This document shows positions 30,034 through 40,343 of a stretch of 64,000 bases of DNA, one piece after another. A program made the translations under genes and the position numbers. The DNA comes from Leptonemataceae bacterium (lineage in GTDB: Bacteria; Spirochaetota; Leptospiria; Leptospirales; Leptonemataceae). The notes beneath the pieces were generated by a model that worked only from the letters and a program-made list of their open reading frames with translations, was not told the origin of the DNA and did not search any database. The first letter of the stretch is position 1. The number at the start of each line of letters is the position of its first letter. The DNA lies in NCBI GenBank assembly GCA_965227295.1, contig OZ245742.1:640001-704000 (forward strand). The letters run 5' to 3'.

Positions 30034-31351
30034 CGGTGACGCTCGTTCTTAATCTTAAAGAATACAACAACGTGAGAATCAGCAAGACGGCAATGCACAG
30101 GTACGTCGTTTCGTAACCGAACGTCCAGTAGGCATAGGCGCCGGCCAGGGGACCAATGGCCCGCCCCAGGGAACCGGCGGAGCGCAACAGGCCGAGGCTC
30201 AGCCCCTGACGATCCGCCGGAGCGGCCAGGCTCGCCAGGCCGGCCAACGACGGCTGCACCAGGGACGCGGCCAGGGAAAACGGAAAGAGCACCACCAACG
30301 ACCAGGCCACCGACGGAGGCGTCCACGCGAAGAGATACATCGGCACCGGCAAGAGACCAAGACCGATCCACAAAAGATACTTTGACGGCAAACGTTTACT
30401 GAGCGCGCGCACCAGCCCGCCCTGGCCGATCACCAGTACCACGCCCAGATACAAAAAGACGAAGCCGATCTCCGCCGGGCTGAGACCGAATTCCAGCTTA
30501 TACAAAAACGTAAACGTAAACTCGTACGCGGAGAAGATGATGATATAGGCAAAGTTGATGAGCAGTACGTCGCCGAAACCGGGGAGCCGCAAATTTTCAA
30601 AGAGGCGCGCCACGGGATTCGCAATCCAGACGTGCTCGGAACCGCTGTGCACCGTAAACGTTTCCTGAAAGAACATCAGGTTGAATACGGCGCTGGCCGC
30701 GGATAACAAAAATGCCACCAGGGCCGGCGCCGAAAACGGATGCAGGACCTCGGGCCACAGACTCATCACCGATTCTGCCGGAAGCGCGCTTAATCCGCCG
30801 ATCACCGGGCCCACGATGAAGCCCATGCCGAAGGCCGCGCCCACCATGCCCATGGACTTCGTTCGCTCCTCGGGCGGCGTTATGTCCGCCATGGCGGCGG
30901 AAGCTACGCCCATATTGCCGGACATAAGCCCGCCGACAATACGCGAAATCGCGAACAGCGTAAAGCTCTGCGAAAAAAACCAGATTACGTACGAAGCCGC
31001 AAGCCCCGCGCTCGTGAGCAACAAGACCGGACGCCGGCCGATGCGATCCGAAAGCCGACCCCAGTACGGCGCCGCGAGAAACTGAATGAACGAGTAGAGG
31101 GCCGCGAGCACGCCGCCCAGCAGGATGATCAAATAGCCCCGATCGTCACGCCGATCCGCCGGGAGCATGGACTGAAGATAGTCGCCCGCGTCGATCAACC
31201 ATCCATCTCCGGCAAGGTGTTGCGCCTGCGCGAGATAATGTTCCAGCATCTCCGGTACGAGCGGGAAGATGAGCGTGAAGCCCATGAGATCGAGAAACAA
31301 AATCAGAAGCAACAGGACTTTGTTACGCGATGATGCGGGAGAGCCGGTCAT
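30026..31351 (-). CDS. MFS transporter (DHA1/TetA-like)
   Basis: WGRLSDRIGRRPVLL motif A; GFIVGPVIGG motif C; many TM helices. Confidence 0.92.
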   Translation of the reverse strand: MTGSPASSRNKVLLLLILFLDLMGFTLIFPLVPEMLEHYLAQAQHLAGDGWLIDAGDYLQSMLPADRRDDRGYLIILLGGVLAALYSFIQFLAAPYWGRLSDRIGRRPVLLLTSAGLAASYVIWFFSQSFTLFAISRIVGGLMSGNMGVASAAMADITPPEERTKSMGMVGAAFGMGFIVGPVIGGLSALPAESVMSLWPEVLHPFSAPALVAFLLSAASAVFNLMFFQETFTVHSGSEHVWIANPVARLFENLRLPGFGDVLLINFAYIIIFSAYEFTFTFLYKLEFGLSPAEIGFVFLYLGVVLVIGQGGLVRALSKRLPSKYLLWIGLGLLPVPMYLFAWTPPSVAWSLVVLFPFSLAASLVQPSLAGLASLAAPADRQGLSLGLLRSAGSLGRAIGPLAGAYAYWTFGYETTYLCIAVLLILTLLYSLRLRTSVTDD

Positions 31352-31476
31352 GAAGATGCGAAACGTGAGGTGAGCTGGCGGCGCAAGACCGCAGAAACCA
31401 TGCTGAGATGCCGCGCACAGGGGCATACGAAAAAAATTGTTGTGTCCGTGGCGGGCCCCGGGATTACTCTGGTCCG

Positions 31477-32307
31477 GTGAGTTCCGGCGAAGCCATCAGC
31501 GTCGAAGCCCTTGAAGCTCAGGACCAACTCCTGCCCATCGGGCGGGACTATATCCCCACGGTCGAGAACCGCCTCCGGAACACCATCTACCGGCTCTTCG
31601 GCGAAGGTTCCGCGGACGGCAGCGCCGCCGACGAGCAGGAAATCAGCGACCGCGAACTGCTGGCCGAGGCCGTATTCTGGTCCATCGGCGAACTCATCAA
31701 CAACGCGAACAAGGCCAACAACCGCTGGGCCGTGCTGCGTCAGGCTTTGCACCAAAAAATCAAAAAACAGAACCCCATGGGGGACGATTCTCAGATCTAC
31801 AAAGACATCGACTACGCCATCCAGCACAACCAGACGGACATGCTCACGAAGTACGGCCTGGCGAACATCGACCTCACCGCTTCGATTTTGCGACTCATCG
31901 AAATGCACAAGACGAACTCCTTCGCGCTCTCGGAGAAGTTCGGCAAGAAGATCGACGTCACCCTGCGCGTGCGCAAGAAGTCCGGCTCACAGCTTCTGAC
32001 AATCAATGTCATTAACAATTCGCCCATGAGCGTAGTGGACAAGAACCGCGTCGAGTACAACCTGGACAAAATCAAAGAAGACCTCATCAACGCCACCCGC
32101 AATCCTTACGAAGCCGCCGTGCAACTCTACGACAAAATGGACGACCACGCCGGCGGCGGCTTCGGCGCCGGTCTGCGCAGTATCGTACTTTTCTTAAAAG
32201 AAGGTTACCGCCCCTTTGAGAGCATCGAGATCATTTTCTCGCGGCTCATCCAGTATCGTTCCGCCGGCAACTCCACGATCTTCTCCATTGAACTTCCGGT
32301 CCCCTGA
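31477..32307 (+). CDS. Stand-alone GHKL/HATPase-like protein
   Basis: IGELINNANKA (N-box-like), VINNS, GGGFGAGL (G-box-like), STIFSIELP. Confidence 0.6.
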   Translation: MSSGEAISVEALEAQDQLLPIGRDYIPTVENRLRNTIYRLFGEGSADGSAADEQEISDRELLAEAVFWSIGELINNANKANNRWAVLRQALHQKIKKQNPMGDDSQIYKDIDYAIQHNQTDMLTKYGLANIDLTASILRLIEMHKTNSFALSEKFGKKIDVTLRVRKKSGSQLLTINVINNSPMSVVDKNRVEYNLDKIKEDLINATRNPYEAAVQLYDKMDDHAGGGFGAGLRSIVLFLKEGYRPFESIEIIFSRLIQYRSAGNSTIFSIELPVP

Positions 32308-32328
32308 GACCGAGGCGCATCCGCGCAT

Positions 32329-34131
32329 ATGTCCACCGCCACTACGCTGACACTTGTTGTTCTCCTGGGTGTCCTGGCCCAATGGGCCGCCGCACGGTTG
32401 CGCACGCCGTCGATCCTGGTCCTGTTGATGGCCGGCTTCCTGGCCGGCCCCATCAGCGGTTTCCTGAATCCCGACGAACTCCTCGGCGATCTGCTCTTCC
32501 CGGTGGTGTCTTTGTCCGTGGCCATCATTCTGTTCGAGGGCGCCTTAAGTCTCGGCATGGGCGAGTTGCAAAAAGTCGGTAGCGTTGTCCGCAATCTGCT
32601 CACCGTCGGCGTCGTGATTACCTGGGGCCTGTCGGCGTTGTGCGCATACTATGTACTTCAATTCGATGCGCCCATGTCCGCATTGCTCGGCGCGATCTTA
32701 ACGGTTACCGGGCCGACGGTGATCCTGCCCATGCTGCGCCACATCCGGCTGAACGGCCAGAGCGGTTCCATATTAAAATGGGAAGGCATCGTGGTGGACC
32801 CGATCGGCGCGGTGCTCGCGATTCTGGTGTTCGAGGCCATCGTCGCCGGGCCGGAGGGTACCGTGGGGCACACGGCGCTCGGGATCCTCAAAACGGTGCT
32901 GATCGGCGGCGGCTTCGGGGCCGCGGCGGCTCTGCTCTTAACCCTGGCTCTGCGCCGGGACTGGGTTCCCGAGACGTTGCACAACCCGCTGTCGCTCATG
33001 ACGTTGCTTACGGCCTTCGCCCTCTCCAACGAAATCCAGCACGAGAGCGGCTTACTCGCCGTAACCGTCATGGGTTTTATGTTAGCGAACCAAACGCGCG
33101 TACCGGTGCGGCACATCGTGGAATTCAAGGAGACCCTCGGGACGCTGCTCATCGCCACGCTGTTTATCGTGCTCGCGGCGCGCATTGAAATCGCCACGCT
33201 CATGCGCATCGACTGGCGTATGTTCGTCTTTCTGGGCGCGCTGCTCTTCGTTGTTCGACCGACAGCCGTATTTCTGAGTACCATCGCGCAGGATGTCAGT
33301 TGGAAGGAACGGCTCTTTCTTTCCTGGATGGCGCCCCGGGGCATCGTCGCCGCCGCGGTAAGTTCGATCCTGGCGCTGGACCTGGTGCGCAAGGGTTACC
33401 CGAAAGAGGACGGCCAGTTGTTCGTTGCCACGGTCTTTTTCGTGATCGTGGGCACTGTAGCGGTCTACGGCATAACGGCGCGGCCCCTGGCGCAATTGCT
33501 GGGCCTGGCCGGAGGAGAACGCCGGGGCATCCTCATCGTAGGAGCGCATGACTGGGCCCGGGAAATCGCGGCGGTGGTGCAGGAAAAGGGCATTCCCGTT
33601 CAGCTCATCGACACGAACACGCAGAACGTAAGCACCGCGCGACTCCAGGGACTCGAAGCAACAACCGGCAACGTGCTCAACGCCGACGACGTCGCGGAAC
33701 TGGACCTCACCGATACCGGTCGGCTCTTCGCGCTGACGTCCAACGACGAGGTAAACTCACTGGCTGCCCTGAATCTGATTCCGTTCTTCGGACGCGCTAA
33801 CATCTATCAAATCTCACCTTACCAGGAAGCGGACCAGCGCAGCAGTTCGGTGCCCCGGGACCTCCGCGGACGATCGCTGTTCAACCGTGACCTGACGTTC
33901 CGCAAGTTCAGCGAACTCTACGTGAAGGGCTGGCGCATGCGTGCAACGCGGCTGACCAAAGAATTCGGTTACGAACAGTTAAAAGAACATTATCACGGAC
34001 GCATCCATCCTCTGCTCAGCATTGCCGACGGGGTGGTGACGGTCTTCTCCACGGAGCGACGGATCGATCCGCGCACGGGACAATTGCTGATCAGCCTGGC
34101 GGCGCCGGAAGAAAAGGGCGAGCGCGGCTGA
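32329..34131 (+). CDS. Cation:proton antiporter (CPA1/NhaP type) with TrkA-N/RCK domain
   Basis: AIILFEG, VTGPTVI, KWEGIVVDPIG, APRGIVAA; ILIVGA Rossmann fold. Confidence 0.92.
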   Translation: MSTATTLTLVVLLGVLAQWAAARLRTPSILVLLMAGFLAGPISGFLNPDELLGDLLFPVVSLSVAIILFEGALSLGMGELQKVGSVVRNLLTVGVVITWGLSALCAYYVLQFDAPMSALLGAILTVTGPTVILPMLRHIRLNGQSGSILKWEGIVVDPIGAVLAILVFEAIVAGPEGTVGHTALGILKTVLIGGGFGAAAALLLTLALRRDWVPETLHNPLSLMTLLTAFALSNEIQHESGLLAVTVMGFMLANQTRVPVRHIVEFKETLGTLLIATLFIVLAARIEIATLMRIDWRMFVFLGALLFVVRPTAVFLSTIAQDVSWKERLFLSWMAPRGIVAAAVSSILALDLVRKGYPKEDGQLFVATVFFVIVGTVAVYGITARPLAQLLGLAGGERRGILIVGAHDWAREIAAVVQEKGIPVQLIDTNTQNVSTARLQGLEATTGNVLNADDVAELDLTDTGRLFALTSNDEVNSLAALNLIPFFGRANIYQISPYQEADQRSSSVPRDLRGRSLFNRDLTFRKFSELYVKGWRMRATRLTKEFGYEQLKEHYHGRIHPLLSIADGVVTVFSTERRIDPRTGQLLISLAAPEEKGERG

Positions 34132-34134
34132 CTT

Positions 34135-34314
34135 TCAGGCCACGCCGGCGGCGGCCAATTGCTCCTGAACCTCGGTGTACGGGGACGCGGTGAGGATCGT
34201 GGCCACGACCTGGCCGCTCTCTTTTTTGGCAACGATCCAGAAGTCCGGCTCTTCTTCGATTACGTAACTTCCGGCCAGTTTCGATTTGAGTTCTGATTTT
34301 TCCGTATCTTCCAT
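34135..34314 (-). CDS. Small hypothetical protein (59 aa), not in the ORF track
   Basis: AGGAG 9 nt before ATG; MEDTEKSELKSKLAGSYVIEEEPDFWIVAKKESGQVVATILTASPYTEVQEQLAAAGVA; fills the intergenic gap. Confidence 0.7.
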   Translation of the reverse strand: MEDTEKSELKSKLAGSYVIEEEPDFWIVAKKESGQVVATILTASPYTEVQEQLAAAGVA

Positions 34315-34423
34315 AAAGAAATGCTCCTGGCTGAGCTCGTTTTTATTGGACGAGATCTCGCCAGGGATTCTTCTAGAAAAATCGGCGGCGGCTGTGTAAG
34401 TTTCTTTCAGGGAAGATCAGGGC

Positions 34424-35371
34424 TCAGTCTTCGCCGATCACCACGATGCTCTCCGGTCCCGTCCGGGAATCCCGGACGCCGCGGATGGCGGCCGTGACCA
34501 GGGCCTCTCCGGGAAACCCCTGCTTCTGAGCCCGGGAGCGCCCCATACGACGGTAAAACTCTTTCGGAATTTCCGTTACGACGCCCGCGGAAACCGTTGT
34601 CCGTCCGGCATCGCGCACTGCCGCCTGGATCCGCCCGGCAACGTGGCGGGCTCCGGCTTCGGGTGTCTCGGAAAGCACGGCGACGAAGAGGCCTTCTTGA
34701 TCGTAGCGACCCGCGGCGTCGCCGGGCCGGCGCAGGCTTTCCTGAAGCGCTGCCGCGGAACGCTGCACGTTCGCGGCATCGAGAAACGCCTGGCCGTCCA
34801 TCTGCACGGCGATCACCGAAAGCGGCCAGTCGTAACGCATGCAACGCCGCCACTCGGTTTCGTGGAATCGCTCCAGGCCGTAACGATTGAATAGACCGGT
34901 TGCGCTGTCGTGAAGCTCGGGGGCCGAGGCATCCTCCACCCGGCCGGTCAATCGGCGCACGTGCCGTTCGAGGCGGCCGTGCTCCATGCGACAGGTTGCC
35001 AGACGACCGAGGTTGCGCAGCCGTAAATGAAACTCCGCCTCGGACGGCGCCCGGGATACCAGATCCCCGCTCAAGTCTTCGTCGGCCATGATGCCCTGGA
35101 TCAACGCAAAGTACTCCGGCTCCGCGATCCATAGATAGACCGCTTCGTTCGGCATGTTCGCCGCTACGGATCGATAGTCCCCGGCTGTTTCTTCGGAGTC
35201 CACGTCGAAGACCGTAAGGATCGGCTCGGCCGCGTCTTCCTCGCGCACCGAGACCATATCCTGGAGATCGGCGACGGAGTTGCAGGGTATGCATCGATAG
35301 CCGTCGTCGAGGGCGGTCTTTACAGATGATTGAAAGGCGCGGTTGGATGAGACGATGTAGGCGGCAATCAC
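34424..35371 (-). CDS. Degenerate GGDEF-domain protein with receiver-like N-terminus
   Basis: DSATGLFNR, LSVIAVQMD, LRRPGDAAGRYDQEGLF, TVSAGV. Confidence 0.75.
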   Translation of the reverse strand: MIAAYIVSSNRAFQSSVKTALDDGYRCIPCNSVADLQDMVSVREEDAAEPILTVFDVDSEETAGDYRSVAANMPNEAVYLWIAEPEYFALIQGIMADEDLSGDLVSRAPSEAEFHLRLRNLGRLATCRMEHGRLERHVRRLTGRVEDASAPELHDSATGLFNRYGLERFHETEWRRCMRYDWPLSVIAVQMDGQAFLDAANVQRSAAALQESLRRPGDAAGRYDQEGLFVAVLSETPEAGARHVAGRIQAAVRDAGRTTVSAGVVTEIPKEFYRRMGRSRAQKQGFPGEALVTAAIRGVRDSRTGPESIVVIGED

Positions 35372-35638
35372 CCGAATGATTGGCCGCGGATTTCGATGGT
35401 GGTCAAGAATTTTAAGGCGTGGAATCCAGGCGGGCTTGCATGATTTCGTGGAGTTTCTGGAAGTCGGCGGGTTGGTCGGTGAGATTAAGCCCTGGATCGA
35501 ATCGTGGTCATTTCATAATGTCCGAACTGTATTGTTTCTGGCCGCCGCTTTGTATGGAGCTTTTTATGGGTACGGCACCTGAAGAGTTGCGGATTGTTAT
35601 GGGGTGGTGAACGGCGCCTTCGGCCTGGAACGTCGGAG

Positions 35639-36700
35639 TCACTGTACCGGCTGGTTTTCGAGGATTACGCGGCGGTCGGCGTCCACCGATCCGAAGACCG
35701 CCTCGGAGTGCGTCGAGATGATGTATTGATTCCACGGGGCGAGTTCGTGCAGCGTGCGGATGAACGTTTGCTGCCATTCGTAGTTGAGGTGCAGTTCCGG
35801 TTCGTCGATGAGCACAAGGCCGGGTTGATCCTTCGTGTGGTTCCAGATGAGGAACATGGTGCTGATGATTTCTTTTTGGCCGGAGCTGAGGCTATCGAAG
35901 GGGATCGAGCCTGAGCCGTCGTTGAGGGTGACTCGGAGTTGTATGCGGTTCTCATTGCCGGCGCGTAATTTCTCGAATGTTCCATTAGCGTACCGGTCTA
36001 CCAAATCATTGAGTAATTCCAGTCGCCCTTTAGAGTAAGCTGAATCAACATCTTCAAAAACTCCGCTCTTTCCAAAGAGCAGTTGGAGGACCTGCAACTT
36101 AAATACAGCCAGGATCGCATCATATCTTCTAGGATATTCCCTCAGATCAAAATACTTTTTCCGAGCACCTCGCATGATTTCCGAAAACTCTCCATCACCT
36201 TCGGATATTTTACGATAACTGTGTAGATAGAGTAGGTCTCTTGTGACCAGAGGATTGGGCTCCCATCCCAAAAGGTTTACAATGTCACCCTCGACCTCGC
36301 GTCGACGATAGCGCCTGAGATCATCGCGCTTAGAGCGACCTTCAATGCTACCGGACAGATTGACCTCATTTGATGTGAAAGTCACCTTAAAGTTTCCGGA
36401 TGAACTCTGACCCTGGATCTCAGAATCAACGCTGGCCACTCGCTCGTTGGCTCTGAGAAACAACTCTCCGATCCGATTCTCACGATCAAACATGAGAGAT
36501 CGCTCACGCTTATCCATAGGAAGTACGTAATAAACCAGAGCACACGCCTCAAGAATCGACGTCTTCCCGATCCCATTGCGACTCCCGATGACCGTCACAT
36601 CCGGATCGCCCTCCATGCGCGGAGGCGGGAACTCCAGCTCGAATTCTTCGAAGGCCTTGAAGTTTTCCAGGCGGATCTTGTTGATACGAAGCGGCGGCAC
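35639..36700 (-). CDS. ABC/AAA-type ATPase (AAA_15/AAA_21-like)
   Basis: IRLENFKAF, GSRNGIGKTS, LSSGQK, LIDEPELHL, ISTHS. Confidence 0.88.
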   Translation of the reverse strand: MPPLRINKIRLENFKAFEEFELEFPPPRMEGDPDVTVIGSRNGIGKTSILEACALVYYVLPMDKRERSLMFDRENRIGELFLRANERVASVDSEIQGQSSSGNFKVTFTSNEVNLSGSIEGRSKRDDLRRYRRREVEGDIVNLLGWEPNPLVTRDLLYLHSYRKISEGDGEFSEIMRGARKKYFDLREYPRRYDAILAVFKLQVLQLLFGKSGVFEDVDSAYSKGRLELLNDLVDRYANGTFEKLRAGNENRIQLRVTLNDGSGSIPFDSLSSGQKEIISTMFLIWNHTKDQPGLVLIDEPELHLNYEWQQTFIRTLHELAPWNQYIISTHSEAVFGSVDADRRVILENQPVQ

Positions 36701-36776
36701 AATCTTACCCGGGCAGTTTCATCATACTATATCGACCACCGAACTCGCCCACTCCCGCTGCCGGCGGCGTGTTTTC

Positions 36777-38342
36777 TTACTCCGCCGCGGCCAGGATGGC
36801 CGCCGGTAACAACAGGCGATTCAACATCTTCTCGGTCGCCTTGATCGCCGCGACGACCTGGTCGGGATCGACGCCCACCGTGCGGATGTGCCGGCCGTCC
36901 GCCGTCTCCCAGGTGATGACCGTTTCGACGAGGGCGTCGGTCTTGCCGCCGGGAGGAATGCGCACCTCGTAGTCCGTGAGACGCGGGATTTGCAATTCGA
37001 TTTTCTCCGCGATGCCGCGCAGAGCGTTCATGAAGGCGTCGTAACCACCGTCGCCCTTCGACTCGGCGGTGTAAGATTCGCCGCGGTACTCCAGTTCGAT
37101 GCGCGCCGACGGCGAGGCGCCGAGGTGCGTCGTAACAATCGCTTCGCGAATCTTAAGAAAATCGATGCTTTCCTGTTCGCTCTTGCTGCCGAAGAGATCC
37201 ACGATCAGGAACGGCAGGTCGTCGATGGTGACGGTCTTCTTCTGTTCGCCGAGTTGTTTGATGCGATCCAGCAACTTCTGCTCACGCTCGGGGCTCAGTT
37301 CCATGCCCAGGTACTTCAGGTTGTTCGAGATGGATGCCCGCCCCGCGAGTTTGCCCAGGGCGTAGACGCGCTGGCGACCGAAACGCTCCGGCAAAATGGG
37401 ATTCGCGTAGAGGTTGTTCTTTTTGTCGCCGTCGGCGTGAATGCCGGCGGTCTGGGTGTAGACGTCGGCGCCGACCACGGGGCGGTTGGACTGAATGCGT
37501 TTGCCGCTGAACGTTTCGACCAGGCGCGAGGCGGCGGTAATTTCTTTTTCGACAATGTTAGTGCGCGCGCCGAGCTTGTCGTGCAGGGCCGTGACCACGC
37601 TCTCCAACGGTGAGTTCCCCGCGCGTTCGCCCAGACCGTTGACCGCCACGTGCAGTCCGTAGACGCCGGCCTTCGCGGCGCTCAGGCAGTTCGCCACGGC
37701 CAGGCCGTAGTCGTTGTGCCCGTGGAAATCGACGGCCAGCCCATCATGCCGATCCAGCAAATCACGTATGCCGTCGTTGACTTCGTACGGCGACATAACT
37801 CCGAGCGTGTCGGGTAAGAGCAGACGATGCACCGGCATTTCGCGCAGCACGGCCACCATCTCGCGGACATAATTCGGGGAATGCAGATATCCGTTGGACC
37901 AGTCTTCGAGGTACACGTTCACCCGGACGTTGTTTGCGTGCGCGTACTCGACGGTGCGACGGATGTCGTCCAGGTGTTCGGAGAGAGTCTTGCCGAGTTG
38001 CTGCTCGCAGTGGCGTTGCGAACCCTTGGTGAGCAGGTTGATGACACTGCCGCCGGCTTCCAGGATCCAGTCCACGGACTTGCCGTGGTCGGTAAAGCCC
38101 AGGATCTCGATGCGATGATCGACGCCGACGGACCGCGCCCACTGGAAGACCTCGCGCACGCTGTCGAGTTCGCCCGCCGACACCCGGGCACTGGCGATCT
38201 CAATGCGATCCACGCCGAGTTTTTCGAGGAGAAAGCGGGAGAGCTGGAGCTTTTCGAACGTGGAAAAGGACACGCCGTCGGTCTGCTCCCCGTCCCGCAG
38301 GGTGGTGTCCATGATTTCGATGGAATCTCGTAAGTAGTCCAT
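36777..38342 (-). CDS. cimA: (R)-citramalate synthase, Leptospira type
   Basis: DTTLRDGEQTDGVSF, RIEIASARVS, NVYLEDWSNG, HGHNDYG, GLGERAGN, LeuA-type regulatory C-terminus. Confidence 0.9.
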   Translation of the reverse strand: MDYLRDSIEIMDTTLRDGEQTDGVSFSTFEKLQLSRFLLEKLGVDRIEIASARVSAGELDSVREVFQWARSVGVDHRIEILGFTDHGKSVDWILEAGGSVINLLTKGSQRHCEQQLGKTLSEHLDDIRRTVEYAHANNVRVNVYLEDWSNGYLHSPNYVREMVAVLREMPVHRLLLPDTLGVMSPYEVNDGIRDLLDRHDGLAVDFHGHNDYGLAVANCLSAAKAGVYGLHVAVNGLGERAGNSPLESVVTALHDKLGARTNIVEKEITAASRLVETFSGKRIQSNRPVVGADVYTQTAGIHADGDKKNNLYANPILPERFGRQRVYALGKLAGRASISNNLKYLGMELSPEREQKLLDRIKQLGEQKKTVTIDDLPFLIVDLFGSKSEQESIDFLKIREAIVTTHLGASPSARIELEYRGESYTAESKGDGGYDAFMNALRGIAEKIELQIPRLTDYEVRIPPGGKTDALVETVITWETADGRHIRTVGVDPDQVVAAIKATEKMLNRLLLPAAILAAAE

Positions 38343-38456
38343 AATTCCCGCCGTCACGGCTCCGGGCCGTGCTCAGGTCATCTCACGACGACATTATCAT
38401 AAGAAAATAAAAAATCCCGCGGAATTCACCACGGACGCGCGGATTTTTCTTTATCC

Positions 38457-39467
38457 GTGTCGCGCGGAGTGCAATCCTGCATCGTGCCGTTCGATATTGA
38501 TAATGACGCCGCGGGTTTCCCGGAATCCGCCGGGGCCGGCTTCAGGGAATTCTTCGACGTGCACTTCAGCAAGTTCATCTACTCGGCTGCTGTCTTGATC
38601 ATCGGCATCTGCGCGAGCCTGTATTATCTGGCGTCGCGAACACCGGAATCTTCCGGGCGACCTCTCGTCGCGGAATCAGCGGCTTTGCCCGAGGGTGCGC
38701 GGTATCATCTCGTGCCGATCCTGTGTTTTCACAACGTGGATGGATCCGGGCCCTACGCTGTGACCCGGGAGAAGTTCCGGCAGTACATGGAAGCCATCCG
38801 CCGGAGCGGCGTGCGCGTCATTTCCCTGCGCGAACTCTACGAGGCGGCCAAACGCAACGAACTTATGTCGCAACCGTCCATCGTGCTGACGGTCGACGAC
38901 GACTACAAAAACATCGTCCGCGTGGCGGCGCCCATCTTGCGCGAGTACAACTACCCCGCGACGTTTTTCTTTTATACGCGCGGCATTTTGCCGGATCCAC
39001 GCTGGGGCACTTCCTGGCAGGACCTGCGCCGCCTGCATCGCGAAGGCTTCGATATTCAGAACCACAGCTACAGTCACACGAAGTTTCACGAAAAGCGCGC
39101 GAACGAAGACGACGACGCCTACGCGCATCGCGTGCGCCGCGAGATCATCACATCACGAGAAATCTTGCAGAAGAACCTGCCGGACGCCGACCTCTATGCG
39201 TTCGCGTATCCCATGGGCTTTTACAGCGACTACCTGCGCGAACGCCTGCTCGCCGCCGGTTACGATCTTTTGCTCACCACGGACTCGCGGCCGGTGGATC
39301 TTTCGAAGCCGTTCGATCCCACGTTCGATCGCTACACGATTCAAAAGTTTCTCGTGAAGAATCCCGAGGCGATGTTTCGCAAGCAACTGCAGTATGCGCG
39401 GAGTCCGTTTGATGCGGAGGTGGTGGCGCAGTCAGATGCGGTTGAGGATGATGAAGTGGGGAATTGA
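38457..39467 (+). CDS. Polysaccharide deacetylase (CE4/NodB) with membrane anchor
   Basis: VPILCFH, LTVDDD, QNHSYSH, FAYPMG; start uncertain. Confidence 0.88.
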   Translation: MSRGVQSCIVPFDIDNDAAGFPESAGAGFREFFDVHFSKFIYSAAVLIIGICASLYYLASRTPESSGRPLVAESAALPEGARYHLVPILCFHNVDGSGPYAVTREKFRQYMEAIRRSGVRVISLRELYEAAKRNELMSQPSIVLTVDDDYKNIVRVAAPILREYNYPATFFFYTRGILPDPRWGTSWQDLRRLHREGFDIQNHSYSHTKFHEKRANEDDDAYAHRVRREIITSREILQKNLPDADLYAFAYPMGFYSDYLRERLLAAGYDLLLTTDSRPVDLSKPFDPTFDRYTIQKFLVKNPEAMFRKQLQYARSPFDAEVVAQSDAVEDDEVGN

Positions 39468-39473
39468 ATCCGT

Positions 39474-40343
39474 ATGCGGTCTGATTCTTCCGAGCCGTCC
39501 GAACCAGTCATTACACCGATTGATTTTGCACGTCCGGCGTCGCTCGACGACGGACAAATCAATAGCGTGCGCAAGATGCACGAGGGCTTCGCGTATCTTA
39601 CCAAACAAAGGATTCAGTCTCTCTATTGCATAGACCAGGTTGAATGCCGACTCACGAACGTGGAGCAGATACTGTTTCGCGAGTATCGCGCAGGACGACA
39701 AGAACCCGGCATTTTCTCGTTCATCCAGATGAACCCGATACCTGCCGGGGCCGTTTTCGAACTGGAACCTTCCCTCGCGTTCATATTTCTGGATCTCGAC
39801 CTCGGCGGGACCGGTGATGTAGAAATTCCGAAGCGCGAGCTTTCCGATTTCGAAATGCCCCTCCTCGAAAGGCTCGTCCTGTATCTCCTGGGAAATCTAC
39901 GCGAAGTCTGGTCGTCGGTGATCGATTTACGCCCCAGGCTCGGTAATCTGGGAACAGAACTCGATTGGATTCCGATCGCGCCGGATGACGACATGACCAC
40001 GGTCGCATCGTTTGAGCTCCGCATCAACGACCTCCGGGGCACTATGAGCTTTGCTTATCCGTACGCGTGCTTCCAGGACCTGGAACTGAGCCCGCGGGAG
40101 CACTACTACAACCGGCCCACCGATCATGAAAGTTTCGGAGGCGACATTGCACGCGGCGCGAGCGTGCGGACGTTCCGTGAATTTCGAGTCGCCCGGAACA
40201 CGACTTACGCCGCCGTCAAAAAGTTACAACCCGGCCAAACCGTTTCGATCGATACGGACAACGCGAGCCGAACACTGTACACCGCGCGACTTGAGTCATA
40301 CGACGCATTGAGCGAGCACCACTCTGCGGAAGACCTTTCATGA
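39474..40343 (+). CDS. FliM-like protein (divergent paralog)
   Basis: IDFARP, MHEGFA, VEQILFREY, LDLGGTG, RELSDFE, NLREVWSSVIDLRPRL, GTMSFAYPY. Confidence 0.8.
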   Translation: MRSDSSEPSEPVITPIDFARPASLDDGQINSVRKMHEGFAYLTKQRIQSLYCIDQVECRLTNVEQILFREYRAGRQEPGIFSFIQMNPIPAGAVFELEPSLAFIFLDLDLGGTGDVEIPKRELSDFEMPLLERLVLYLLGNLREVWSSVIDLRPRLGNLGTELDWIPIAPDDDMTTVASFELRINDLRGTMSFAYPYACFQDLELSPREHYYNRPTDHESFGGDIARGASVRTFREFRVARNTTYAAVKKLQPGQTVSIDTDNASRTLYTARLESYDALSEHHSAEDLS

